Shown piece after piece: positions 9,389 to 18,587 of a stretch of DNA of 52,812 nt. A model generated the notes under the pieces. That model worked only from the letters and a program-made list of their open reading frames with translations. It had not been told where the DNA came from and ran no database searches. The translations under genes and the position numbers were made by a program. Origin of the DNA: Thermoproteota archaeon. Its GTDB lineage: Archaea; Asgardarchaeota; Jordiarchaeia; Jordiarchaeales; Freyrarchaeaceae. Each line of letters starts with the position of its first letter. Positions within the stretch are counted from its first letter, which is position 1. The stretch lies in assembly GCA_029258835.1 (NCBI GenBank), contig JAPDJY010000076.1, positions 1-52,812 on the forward strand, given 5' to 3'.

Positions 9389-10038
9389 AACGTTTCCCCT
9401 CCTATTCCTCTTCCCTCCATAAGGGAAAGGGCATATCTATAGTTTGCCTCTAGGTTCCTCGACGCCCCTTTTAGGACGATGTTCCCGTGTCCTGGAAGGA
9501 GGAGGTCGACTTCCAGCCTTAGGAGGCGGGATATGGATGAGGCCAGCTGCCTTATGCTTCCCCCAGGGAGATCGAAACGGCCTATGCCATAGGCGAAAAC
9601 GGTGTCTCCTGAGAAGAGGATCTTCCGGCTCGGCTCATAGAGACATATGGATCCTGGTGAATGGCCAGGAGTGTGAATAACATGTAGACTGCAGCTTCCA
9701 ACATTCACTACGTCTCCGTCTGAGAGGATCTTCTCAGGCGGGACTCCTATGAACTCTACGAAACGCGCTTCAGCCCTGTGAACCAACACTTCTGGCTCGG
9801 ACAACTTGTGAAAGTCGGGGAGACCTCCTATATGGTCAGGATGCGTGTGCGTTATGACTATTCTTGCCACGTCACGGGGGTTCACCCCTAAGCCCTGCAT
9901 TTCCCTGAAAATGTACTTTTTAGGCGCTCTAGGCCCTCCAGCGTCCACCAAGGTTAGCTCCCCTTCACCGATGATGTAAACGTTAGACGAGAAAAAACGT
10001 CCGGGAACCATTCGAAGCCACCGAACAGGTATCATCAT
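9385..10038 (-). CDS. MBL-fold metallo-hydrolase (glyoxalase II-like)
   Basis: THTHPDHIGG, HTPGHSPGS, SGDTVF, PGHG. Confidence 0.88.
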   Translation of the reverse strand: MMIPVRWLRMVPGRFFSSNVYIIGEGELTLVDAGGPRAPKKYIFREMQGLGVNPRDVARIVITHTHPDHIGGLPDFHKLSEPEVLVHRAEARFVEFIGVPPEKILSDGDVVNVGSCSLHVIHTPGHSPGSICLYEPSRKILFSGDTVFAYGIGRFDLPGGSIRQLASSISRLLRLEVDLLLPGHGNIVLKGASRNLEANYRYALSLMEGRGIGGETF

Positions 10039-10244
10039 CTCCCGTCCAGAACTTGCATTACATGCTTTCTAAGGGGATCATCGGGAGCGAGTGAGAACTC
10101 AACGAAGGCTGCCCCTTTTCGGGTGCCTCCCTCACCGGTCGCCAATATACATTGAAGGTTTTAGTCTCTTGAAAAAGTTTCTTAAACTTTAATGGGCTGA
10201 CATCCAGTAAGTATTTTAACGCTGGTTTCGCTTTCATAGTTAGC

Positions 10245-10718
10245 GTGGCTGGAAGGCGTAAGCTAAAAGGGGTTTTATGTGGGGGATCGTGGATGGTGAC
10301 GGATTTGAAAGACGAGTTGCTGAAGAAAGCTAGGTCATTTTACCCAAACCATCCAGATCTGATGAAGCATTTAAAAATCGGGTCAATATGGGAGTATAGG
10401 GTTTTCTCGCCTACCCTAGACGGGGAAGAGATCCTTGTTTTCCACTTAATGAAAATGGGGAATAGTGAACTTGCGCTCAAAGAGGGAGGCGCTCCGGAAA
10501 AGCCCGACCTAATCCTGTATTTCACCGTTAAGGCTATGCTTCAGCTCATCGAAAACTCGAAGAATGCCCATGAATACTATAGAGACTACAGGAGAATCCT
10601 AGAGGAACCATCCCGAGAAGTCGAGTTAGATTATAAGATTAACAAAAACAGGTTGAAACTGTGGAGGGCGGGGTATAAGGAGTGGGCAAACGAGTTCGGA
10701 TTCACAAAGTACATGTAG
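10245..10718 (+). CDS. Hypothetical protein (weak SCP2-like resemblance); start may be ATG 10293
   Basis: Open frame filling an intergenic gap; PDLILYFTVKAMLQLI. Confidence 0.55.
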   Translation: MAGRRKLKGVLCGGSWMVTDLKDELLKKARSFYPNHPDLMKHLKIGSIWEYRVFSPTLDGEEILVFHLMKMGNSELALKEGGAPEKPDLILYFTVKAMLQLIENSKNAHEYYRDYRRILEEPSREVELDYKINKNRLKLWRAGYKEWANEFGFTKYM

Positions 10719-10739
10719 GCATTCTGCAAGCGTGCCTTT

Positions 10740-11321
10740 CTAGAGGGGGCCACGGTACGCCTTCGATGGAGGGCATCCTGGACAGTTATTTTCCAAGTAG
10801 TAGATGCATGACGAGCACTCCGCTCCGCACGGAGGCTCTTCACCCAGCATCTTATCTACCCTCACGGCCAGATATGGGGAGTAATAGATTTCATTGAAGA
10901 CTTGTAGTTCAGCCTCTAAAACGCCCTCTTGAGACTTAACCGAGTTGAGCAGCCCTTCAAGGGCGCCTCTACATTCACCCACCACGAGCATCATCGCCAT
11001 TTGGGTATTGTTCCTGCGGGTGAAAAGGGAAACCACCTTAGGACAGTTCTCGAAGCAGCCAACTAAGTTTTTAAGGCAGCCTCGTTGTAGCTGAACGGTT
11101 ATGCTTGCAGGCTGAAGCTTAAAGAGTGAATGGTTTAACAGGGCAGAAACACTAACCACATTCTTCTCTATTAGCTTGGCAAGGCGCTTTTTAACCCCCA
11201 TGCTGGTAAACCCTATTTCTGCACTAAGTTCGACAAGCTTTGACCTGCCGTTCTTCCGCAACATAGCGATCAATTTCCGGTCTATTTCATCCAAAAGCTT
11301 TTCCTGCAACCTAACAACCAT
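10740..11321 (-). CDS. Lrp/AsnC transcriptional regulator with C-terminal Cys cluster
   Basis: LDEIDRKLIAMLRKNGRSKLVELSAEIG HTH; C-terminal PCGAECSSC..NCPGCP. Confidence 0.85.
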   Translation of the reverse strand: MVVRLQEKLLDEIDRKLIAMLRKNGRSKLVELSAEIGFTSMGVKKRLAKLIEKNVVSVSALLNHSLFKLQPASITVQLQRGCLKNLVGCFENCPKVVSLFTRRNNTQMAMMLVVGECRGALEGLLNSVKSQEGVLEAELQVFNEIYYSPYLAVRVDKMLGEEPPCGAECSSCIYYLENNCPGCPPSKAYRGPL

Positions 11322-11426
11322 CCCATGATTCTTTAACTTAACATGCTTATGAACACGACTGAACTAAATTTAGCAGAGTTTAATCACTTCTAAGGGAAGG
11401 TGAGTATTAAGTGTACTGTTGCAACC

Positions 11427-11447
11427 ATTTAGTGAAGTTTACTAAAT
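11427..11447. promoter_or_regulatory. Near-perfect 21-bp inverted repeat, candidate operator between divergent lrp-like and tfe genes
   Basis: ATTTAGTGAA-G-TTTACTAAAT in an AT-rich intergenic region. Confidence 0.35.
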
Positions 11448-11662
11448 AAACAGTTCCTTAAGAATGTTATGGTAACTGTTTCTTAAAATGATATGGAAGG
11501 TTTTAACAGAGCTCGGCTTTGAAATACAAAAAAACGTTTAAAATAATTATTTATGATGTCAAATTTAGAGGTAAACTTAGAAAAGGCAAGATTTTTTAAG
11601 GATAAACTCTACATATATAGCTTAGGGGGTTCCTCTGTACACGGGAAAGGCGGTGGAGTAAC

Positions 11663-12247
11663 TTGTTAACGTCTCAGGAAGCATGTGGTGAGGAGCTTCT
11701 TGAAGCCGTCGTTGAGGAAATAGGTGGGGAGAACGCTTACAAAGTTGTTAGAGTCCTTCTCGAAGCGGATAAGGAGGTAACGGACGAGGAGATAGCTGAG
11801 AAGCTTGAACTTCAGCTTAACTCGGTCAGGAAAGTGCTTTACAGGTTATACGAGGAGAGACTTGCATCCTACAGGCGTACAAGGGACACCAAGACAGGAT
11901 GGTTCATATACTTCTGGAGGATAAGACCTGAGAAGGTTAAGGACCTCGTCCTTAGGAGGAAGAGAGAAGTTTACCTTAAGCTTAAGGAAAGGTTTGAGTA
12001 TGAGAAGAACAACATGTTGTTCCATTGCGGAAACCAGAACTGTCCACGCCTAACGTTTGACGAGGCAATGGAAGCTGAGTTTAAGTGTCCAAGCTGCGGT
12101 GAAAGGCTTAATTACCAAGATAGCAGTGAGAGCATAAGGGTTTTAGAGGTTAAGCTCCAAGAGTTGGAAGAGGAGCTTAAGGAGCTAGAGGGACGTTGCG
12201 AAAAATACCTTCTAGAGAGGAATGCCTTAAAATCCTTGAAAGCGTAG
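11663..12247 (+). CDS. tfe: Transcription factor E (TFE/TFIIE-alpha)
   Basis: TDEEIAEKL..VRKVLYRLYE..GWFIYFW winged helix; C..C..FDEAMEAEFKCPSCG zinc ribbon. Confidence 0.95.
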   Translation: MLTSQEACGEELLEAVVEEIGGENAYKVVRVLLEADKEVTDEEIAEKLELQLNSVRKVLYRLYEERLASYRRTRDTKTGWFIYFWRIRPEKVKDLVLRRKREVYLKLKERFEYEKNNMLFHCGNQNCPRLTFDEAMEAEFKCPSCGERLNYQDSSESIRVLEVKLQELEEELKELEGRCEKYLLERNALKSLKA

Positions 12248-12723
12248 GTGCACCGCAGAATGTGATTAAGCACTGTATAGCAGTTTCACGTTACGCCCGT
12301 ATGCTGGCGGAGAGGGCGGCGAGGAAAGGTAATAGGGTGAATGTGAGGCTGGTTGAGGCAGGAGGGCTGCTACACGACATAGGACGAGCAAGAACTCACG
12401 GAGTAGATCATGGAGTAGTGGGTGCAAGGATTATTAGAACAATGGGTTTACCGGAGGAGATTGCACTAATAGTTGAAAGACACGTAGGAGCTGGAATACC
12501 TAAAAGGGAAGCTGAAGCCTTAGGGCTTCCAGCAAGGGACTACTTGCCATTGACGCCTGAGGAAAAGATTGTTGCTCATGCTGACAATCTCTTCTTTGGA
12601 GACAGGAAGGTTAGCATGGACGAGGTCATAGAAAGGTTCAAGGCCGAGCTTGGAGAAGGAAGTGATGCTTTAAAAAGACTTAGGAAGCTTCAAAAGGACG
12701 TTGAGGCACTTATTGACCCATGA
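12196..12723 (+). CDS. HD-domain phosphohydrolase (TIGR00295-like)
   Basis: HCIAV, LLHDIGR, HGVVG, ERHVGAG, EEKIVAHAD; conserved neighbour of tfe. Confidence 0.88.
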   Translation: MRKIPSREECLKILESVGAPQNVIKHCIAVSRYARMLAERAARKGNRVNVRLVEAGGLLHDIGRARTHGVDHGVVGARIIRTMGLPEEIALIVERHVGAGIPKREAEALGLPARDYLPLTPEEKIVAHADNLFFGDRKVSMDEVIERFKAELGEGSDALKRLRKLQKDVEALIDP

Positions 12724-13520
12724 CGCGAAGAGTAACCATACTTGAAAGAGTTTACGGGCCGTGGGCTAAGCAGGGGTTAAAAGCAGCTTACATGCTTTTA
12801 AGAGGGGAAGTAGCAGACCTAGAAGTTGAGGTGAAGGAAGTATCCGCCGATGAAAAGGGAAGGATAATAGTCGTCCTCGAAGGGGAGGACGAGGAGGCTG
12901 CAGGGACATACCTTGCAAGAAAGTACGGGTACACACGTAGCATAAAGGAAGTTGTGGAGGGTGAAAACTACCGTGGGAGAATCGTCCAGCCGTTTAGTTA
13001 CGGCTATGGCCTCTACGTTGACATTGGAGTTGTCGCGCCCTCGCCGAAGGATGCACTCCTACCCCTTTACACGCTTAGAAGGCAGCTTGCAGGGGGAAGG
13101 CAGGCTCCCCTTAGAAGGATAATTAGGGTTTACGGGTTCATTGAAAATCTTCCTTTAGGAGTTAGGGTCGTAGACGTTGATCCTGCAGGAAGAATAGAGG
13201 CAGAATTAAGTGATGGAGAGATCGAAAAGCTGGATGAATGGGCTAAGACGCGGTTTGACCGTGTTATTGTCTGCGGTGCAACCAGACAGCAAGTTAGACG
13301 GGCAATCATAAAGTCAGGCCACTTGAAGGACATCGTGTCTATTGAGAGGCTTGGATTAATGGAGCATGCAATCATATGTAAGTATGGAACGGACGCTCCT
13401 GGGATCATAGCAGAGATAGGCGGCTACCTGGAGGGGGTTCCAATGAAGGCGTTTATTCCTAAGGAAGTGAGGGAATTCATGAGGGAAAAGAAGCCTAGTC
13501 GCTCTCTTCCCCACTTGTAA
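12720..13520 (+). CDS. DUF2110-family protein
   Basis: YGYGLYVDIG, ERLGLMEH, GTDAPGII; tfe-HD-DUF2110 synteny. Confidence 0.75.
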   Translation: MTRRVTILERVYGPWAKQGLKAAYMLLRGEVADLEVEVKEVSADEKGRIIVVLEGEDEEAAGTYLARKYGYTRSIKEVVEGENYRGRIVQPFSYGYGLYVDIGVVAPSPKDALLPLYTLRRQLAGGRQAPLRRIIRVYGFIENLPLGVRVVDVDPAGRIEAELSDGEIEKLDEWAKTRFDRVIVCGATRQQVRRAIIKSGHLKDIVSIERLGLMEHAIICKYGTDAPGIIAEIGGYLEGVPMKAFIPKEVREFMREKKPSRSLPHL

Positions 13521-14064
13521 ATATTACTTTCTTCCCGGAGGGTGAGGGGACAACTTTAATTTTTGCGTTTTCGAAGTTGAAGTAGAACTCTTTGCCTTGG
13601 TGGTAATAGTCTAGGAAAACAGCTAGGGCTGCTATTTCGGAGTGGGGCTGGTTTGTAACTGAAACGTTGTATGTTGCCAAGGAGTACACTTCACGTTGAA
13701 CCTTTGCGCCTCCAACAACGACCATTAAATCTTTACCTGATGACCTGATCTCATCTATTACCTTGGGAAGGGGGATGCCGTACATTGTGAGGTGAACTAC
13801 TATCCCCCCACCTGAAAGCCAGCTTTCAACTATGGAACGCCAGCTCCCTCCAACGGAGACCTTAAATGATCCACCGAAACGCCTTACAACATCCTCAACA
13901 TTCTCTACCAGCTTCGTGTCGCTGGTGTCCGGGAAGATCACTTCGGATGCGCCGAAGGCCCGGGCGACAAGCGCTAAATGGGTTGAGACGCGGGCGTCAC
14001 GTATGAGCCGGTGGCCCAGCCTTAAGACTACTATCCGAGGATTAGATTTGAGCAACCCCGTCAC
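13495..14064 (-). CDS. trm56: tRNA (cytidine-56-2'-O)-methyltransferase
   Basis: LRLGHR..RDARVSTH, HLTMYG, VGGAKV, NQPHSEIAALAVFLD. Confidence 0.95.
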   Translation of the reverse strand: MTGLLKSNPRIVVLRLGHRLIRDARVSTHLALVARAFGASEVIFPDTSDTKLVENVEDVVRRFGGSFKVSVGGSWRSIVESWLSGGGIVVHLTMYGIPLPKVIDEIRSSGKDLMVVVGGAKVQREVYSLATYNVSVTNQPHSEIAALAVFLDYYHQGKEFYFNFENAKIKVVPSPSGKKVIFTSGEESD

Positions 14065-14094
14065 CTAGCAAGCATTGTGGAGAAGGCGGATATT

Positions 14095-14592
14095 TTACTT
14101 CCGAAGCCTTACCACGTCGCCCAAGGTTAGCTCTCTTCCTCCTTTAGATGTAGATACACCGCCCATCGAGCTAGCCGGCACATAAAGAGTGATCTTCAAA
14201 ACCTTCTCTATTTTACTGGCTAGCTGCCTCGGCGGCTCCATCCTTTCAGCCTCGATTCTCTTTATCACTGAAAGCTTCTCTTTAAGCATCTTCGCAAGGT
14301 CCTCTTGGGATAGCCCCATTTTTTCCCTACTTTCCCGGATCAGCCGCCCGTATCCTTCAACGAGTTCAAGGTCGCTGCCAGCCGGGATACGTCTCTTCGA
14401 CTTAGCAACGGTAGGGCTTACGGGCATGGCTTTAACGGGTGGCTTCCTAGGGATTCGAGACCAGGTTTTAGGAGTTACACCAAACCTAGCACAGTTTTCA
14501 CATACACTCATAACTGCTCCTTCGATCACGACCCTTCTGGCTGGGCCAACGATCTTACGGCCGCAAACCTCACAGTTCAATTTAACCCCCAA
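14095..14592 (-). CDS. mbf1: Archaeal multiprotein bridging factor 1 (Zn ribbon + HTH)
   Basis: CEVCG..IEGA..VCENC; GLSQEDLA HTH; LTLGDVV. Confidence 0.92.
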   Translation of the reverse strand: MGVKLNCEVCGRKIVGPARRVVIEGAVMSVCENCARFGVTPKTWSRIPRKPPVKAMPVSPTVAKSKRRIPAGSDLELVEGYGRLIRESREKMGLSQEDLAKMLKEKLSVIKRIEAERMEPPRQLASKIEKVLKITLYVPASSMGGVSTSKGGRELTLGDVVRLRK

Positions 14593-14675
14593 GTAAGAGA
14601 AGGAGCGTAAACGATATTAAAGCTTCTCCAACAGGGGAGACGCCATGACAGCTACTTCGTATCCAGCCATACCTG

Positions 14676-14699
14676 TTAAAGGGTGCCTTAAAGGGTGCC
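14676..14699. repeat. Perfect 12-bp tandem duplication TTAAAGGGTGCC x2
   Basis: Seen directly in the mbf1/pan divergent intergenic region. Confidence 0.8.
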
Positions 14700-14891
14700 C
14701 TACGCGTTTTTCAGGTTTCTGAAGGCTACTAGTATTCCTTCTCGGCTAGGACGCTTCACGCCATGCGGTTACATGAGCGGCGGTAAGCCTAATAAGGAGG
14801 GTTTAAGAAAGTTTTAGTACTGCCGGAAGGCAGATTAGTGCGTCAAGCGGAAAGTAAATTAACGGCTAGGAGCTAAATGTAGTGTGGGGGT

Positions 14892-16079
14892 GTGGTTGTG
14901 CCCGGATCCACGGAGAACAGTGGTCAAAGCTATAGTGGACGCTATGATGATATTATCGCATATGCCCGGGATATTGAGAGAAGACTTTACAAGATTGACG
15001 CTGAAAGAATGAGGCTTCGCCAGGAGATCATCCAGCTTAGGAAGGAGCTGGAGGTGTTAAGGCAGCCGCCTCTTATAGCCGCAACCGTGCTTGAAACGCT
15101 TGAGGATGGGAGAGTTATAGTTAGAAGTTCAACTGGTCCAAACTTTGTGGTTTACGTTTCAAACAACGTTCCTAGGGATAAGCTTGTCCCTGGGGCGCAT
15201 GTCGCTTTAAGCCAGAAAACGTTCGCTATAGTTGAGATTTTACCCTCTCCTGAGGATCCATTCGTTAGGGGGATGGAAGTTGAAGAGGTGCCGCCGGTAA
15301 CCTATAACGACATTGGAGGGTTGAGGGAGCAAATAAGGGAGGTAAGGGAGACCGTTGAGCTGCCGCTAACCCACCCTCACCTCTTCGAGGAAGTAGGAGT
15401 TGAGCCGCCGAAGGGCGTCCTTCTCTGTGGCCCCCCTGGAACGGGGAAAACCCTGCTTGCGAGGGCGGTAGCCCATGAGACGAAAGCCACCTTCATAAGG
15501 GTGGTGGGATCCGAGTTGGTTCAGAAGTTTATTGGTGAAGGAGCGCGAATGGTCAGAGAGGTTTTTAACTTAGCTAGGAAGAAGGCGCCGAGCATAGTTT
15601 TCTGCGATGAGATAGATGCTATAGGCAGCAGGAGGCTTGACGTGGGGACGAGCGGAGACAGGGAGGTCCAGCGAACCCTAATGCAACTCCTCTCTATAAT
15701 GGACGGGTTTGACCCCCGAGGGGACGTCAGGATAATTGCAGCTACGAACAGGCCTGACATATTAGATCCAGCTCTTCTCAGGCCTGGACGCTTCGACAGG
15801 ATAATATACTTCCCCCTCCCAGACAGGGATGCCAGAGAGGAAATATTCAGGATACACACGCGTCGAATGAAGCTTGACAGCGACGTGAGCTTGGGGGTGC
15901 TGGCTGAGATGACCGAGAACGCTACGGGGGCGGATATAAAGGCTATATGTACAGAGGCGGGGATGTTTGCCATCAGAAACTTTAGGGTGAAGGTGAAATT
16001 CAAAGACTTTGAGCAGGCTATAGAGAAGGTTCTGAAGAGAAAGGGAGCTGGGGGCGAGCCTAAAGGAATCTACTGTTAA
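14892..16079 (+). CDS. pan: Proteasome-activating nucleotidase
   Basis: Coiled coil + OB domain (SSTGPNFVV), [20 protein letters not shown]-terminal HbYX-type IYC. Confidence 0.96.
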   Translation: MVVPGSTENSGQSYSGRYDDIIAYARDIERRLYKIDAERMRLRQEIIQLRKELEVLRQPPLIAATVLETLEDGRVIVRSSTGPNFVVYVSNNVPRDKLVPGAHVALSQKTFAIVEILPSPEDPFVRGMEVEEVPPVTYNDIGGLREQIREVRETVELPLTHPHLFEEVGVEPPKGVLLCGPPGTGKTLLARAVAHETKATFIRVVGSELVQKFIGEGARMVREVFNLARKKAPSIVFCDEIDAIGSRRLDVGTSGDREVQRTLMQLLSIMDGFDPRGDVRIIAATNRPDILDPALLRPGRFDRIIYFPLPDRDAREEIFRIHTRRMKLDSDVSLGVLAEMTENATGADIKAICTEAGMFAIRNFRVKVKFKDFEQAIEKVLKRKGAGGEPKGIYC

Positions 16080-16088
16080 GGCGGCTTT

Positions 16089-16610
16089 TTGGATGGTGGA
16101 GGAGTATTCTTGGAGGCAGCTGACTACTGGACGCTGCGAAGAATACGGTTAATTGCCGACTACCAGTTTTTCCCGGGGGCTGGGCGGGTTCTTTTCCCGG
16201 ACGGAGTGAGGGTTGTCTTTTCCTCCAAGACTGGCAGGGTGAGGCAGGTATACTTAGATGGAGATCTTGTGGCTAGCTTTAGACCTGATGAGGGAACGTT
16301 CGCTCTTAACATTAGAGGGGGAGAGCTGCTTTTAGAGCATTTTGAAAGGCCGACACTGAGGGTGATCGTCACGGAAAGAATTGCAGGATTGGTGGTTGAG
16401 GGAAGAAACGTGTTCGCTAAGCATGTTGTTGCAGCGGACCCTGAAATCCGCCCGTGGAGCGAAGTCCTCGTGGTGGACGAAGCAGACAAGCTGGCTGCGG
16501 TTGGGAGAGCAGTTCTGAACGGGGAGGAAATGGTGGCGTTCTCGAGGGGGGTGGCTGTGAAAACCAGGATCGGAAACCCACGGTTTAAAAGTAAGGAGGG
16601 GATGGTTTGA
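16089..16610 (+). CDS. PUA-domain RNA-binding protein (archaeosine TGT C-terminal-like)
   Basis: IADYQF, SKTGRVRQV, GRNVFAKHVV..DPEIRP, GVAVKTR. Confidence 0.85.
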   Translation: MDGGGVFLEAADYWTLRRIRLIADYQFFPGAGRVLFPDGVRVVFSSKTGRVRQVYLDGDLVASFRPDEGTFALNIRGGELLLEHFERPTLRVIVTERIAGLVVEGRNVFAKHVVAADPEIRPWSEVLVVDEADKLAAVGRAVLNGEEMVAFSRGVAVKTRIGNPRFKSKEGMV

Positions 16611-16963
16611 GGAAGGTTAGCCCTAAGCAGCTTAGGAAAATGATGAAGCAGATGGGAGTGAGGGAAGTCTCATCCGTAAAGGTTGTCATAATAAAGTGTA
16701 ATGACAAGGAAATAGTTGTGTCAAGCCCGCAGGTTGTCGAGATGAAGGTGGGAGGACAGAGGGTTTATCAGGTTTCAGGCGTTGTGGAGGAAAAACCTCT
16801 AACCCCAGAAAAAGCGGAGGAAGCAATAATGGAAATTCCAGAGGCGGATGTCATGCTAGTAGCCCAACAGGCGGGGGTGACGCCTGAAGAGGCAAGACGG
16901 GCACTCGTAGAGACAGAAGGTGACCTAGCTAAGGCAATACTCCTCCTCAAGAAAGCGGACTAA
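16607..16963 (+). CDS. nac: Nascent polypeptide-associated complex protein
   Basis: PKQLRKMMKQMG, YQVSG, C-terminal UBA DVMLVAQQAGV..GDLAKAI. Confidence 0.92.
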   Translation: MRKVSPKQLRKMMKQMGVREVSSVKVVIIKCNDKEIVVSSPQVVEMKVGGQRVYQVSGVVEEKPLTPEKAEEAIMEIPEADVMLVAQQAGVTPEEARRALVETEGDLAKAILLLKKAD

Positions 16964-16981
16964 TCCAATTAATTTAATTTA

Positions 16982-17650
16982 TTATTGTTCAGCCTGCTCT
17001 TTTTGCCTTTCCAGAAGCTGTTTAACGCGTTTCAGCCTGAACAGGTCTTCCCTTTCCCGCTCCTCCAAGTGGAGGGAGATGTACCTAATAGTGTTTTCTA
17101 GTTTGGGGATAACTATGTATTTTAACGCGTTAACCCTCCTTTTAGTCCTGTCAATCTCCTCGGCCATTTTCCTTATTGCCGTTTCCACCTCAGCAAGCTT
17201 AACCGTAAGCTTTAGAGCTTCCCTAAACTTTTGAACGGCCTCGTCAAGCTTAGCAGACGTCGTGGCGAAACTGTACGACGCCACACTACCTTTCTCCTTA
17301 ACCCTTAAGAGTGGAACCTTAACACCCATTATATTCTGCAGGGAGACATCAACGTCATAGAATGGCTCAACGCCCATAGCCGCCTCTTCCACCTTAAGAG
17401 GCCCCATAAGCATCTTAGCCATAGTGAGGGTTTCAAAAGCATCTTTAAGGGCGTTCACAAGTTCACGCCTAATCCGCCCCACATCCTCTAATATGTCAAA
17501 GAACTGCATTACAAGAGCATCTCTTTTTTCTTTAAGTAAATCATGGCCTCGCTCAGCTAACGTCATACGTTTCTTCAAAGTTAAAAGCTCCATGCGGGTC
17601 GGATGCACACCCTCAATTATTTCAGTCGACATCTCTGGAATCCTCCTCAA
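16982..17650 (-). CDS. atpD: A/V-type ATP synthase subunit D (start may be ATG 17632)
   Basis: PTRMELL, GHDLLKEKRDAL, NIMGVKVP, TKRRVNAL, EREDLFRLK. Confidence 0.95.
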   Translation of the reverse strand: MRRIPEMSTEIIEGVHPTRMELLTLKKRMTLAERGHDLLKEKRDALVMQFFDILEDVGRIRRELVNALKDAFETLTMAKMLMGPLKVEEAAMGVEPFYDVDVSLQNIMGVKVPLLRVKEKGSVASYSFATTSAKLDEAVQKFREALKLTVKLAEVETAIRKMAEEIDRTKRRVNALKYIVIPKLENTIRYISLHLEEREREDLFRLKRVKQLLERQKEQAEQ

Positions 17651-17817
17651 CCCTAAAGGGACGGGAACACTAATCTAAAATAGAAACATAAATTTTTCTC
17701 TAATAGCTATTAACGTAGGAGTTTGCTTCAAATTTAAATGGATGAAGCCGATTAAGGGAGGAATTTGATGGTTAAACAAGTTATCAGAAGGAAGTTTTAG
17801 GGGTGGTTGAGAGATGT

Positions 17818-17970
17818 TGGCGCGGGGGGCGGGATTGCCACCTTAGAGCAGGATGCTCCCTTGGTTTTGAACCCGCGCTCCCCCATGGGGAACCGGCTTC
17901 GCTCCAAAACGCTGGCTTAGCAGGCCGGCACCTGTCGGCAGAATGTATAACCGGGCTTGGTTACCCCCGC
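17818..17970 (-). tRNA. tRNA-Ser(GCT) with three introns (17934-17947, 17899-17917, 17835-17865), CCA encoded
   Basis: Acceptor stem GCGGGGG/CCCCCGC + G-CCA; anticodon arm CCGGC-CTGCTAA-GCCGG; long variable arm TCCCC/GGGGA; T arm GCGGG-TTCAAAT-CCCGC after splicing; mature length 89 nt; TTTAAA box about 30 nt upstream. Confidence 0.9.
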
Positions 17971-18239
17971 CGTTAATGTATGAGAAACTTAGAGAATTTT
18001 AAACTTTATGGTTTATGGTTGCTGAAAGCTGATTGCCGGGTTATGGTCGGTTAAGAGTGCTTTTGTTGTTTAAGTATTTTTATTGGAGCTTTAGGTCGAC
18101 GTTGCCTTAACCGTGTTCTTCGCTTCAGGCATCATTCAACATGAATGTTTAAAAAAGGCTTTTTGTATTATGTCCTTTTTTCCATAATCTTTATATTTTA
18201 GCTCTACCTTGTTGGCTTACTTTCCCGAGGCGAGTAAGG

Positions 18240-18587
18240 ATGGCTTGCAGAGTGGAATGTAGCGTGGAGGAGGACGTCTTCGAGTACAGGGTGTATGACG
18301 ACTACGGGATAGGCGTTATAGCCTACGCTAAAGTTACGCGTGGCCCCGGCGGGGCAGAGATAAAAGTGATAAATGTTAGCAGGGAGTACAGGGGTAGAGG
18401 GGTTGGAAGCGAAGTCTTAGCTCGGATCGTAAGGGATCATGGTGATTGCCTGATAATGGTTGAAACATTCGGCTATCTTGTTGGGTGGTATGAAAGGTTT
18501 AATTTTAAGTGTGTCTGCGATAAGCCCCTCATAATGGTTAGAAGCCCGGGGGGTGGCTTTAGGCTACCTCGCATTTCTCCCCCTTAG
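18240..18587 (+). CDS. GNAT-family N-acetyltransferase
   Basis: VSREYRGRGVGSEVL acetyl-CoA motif A; WYERFNF. Confidence 0.8.
   Translation: MACRVECSVEEDVFEYRVYDDYGIGVIAYAKVTRGPGGAEIKVINVSREYRGRGVGSEVLARIVRDHGDCLIMVETFGYLVGWYERFNFKCVCDKPLIMVRSPGGGFRLPRISPP

Noticed and set aside
14676-14699. 12-bp tandem repeat as a CRISPR or insertion target-site duplication
   Set aside because: Only two adjacent copies, with no spacers or transposase
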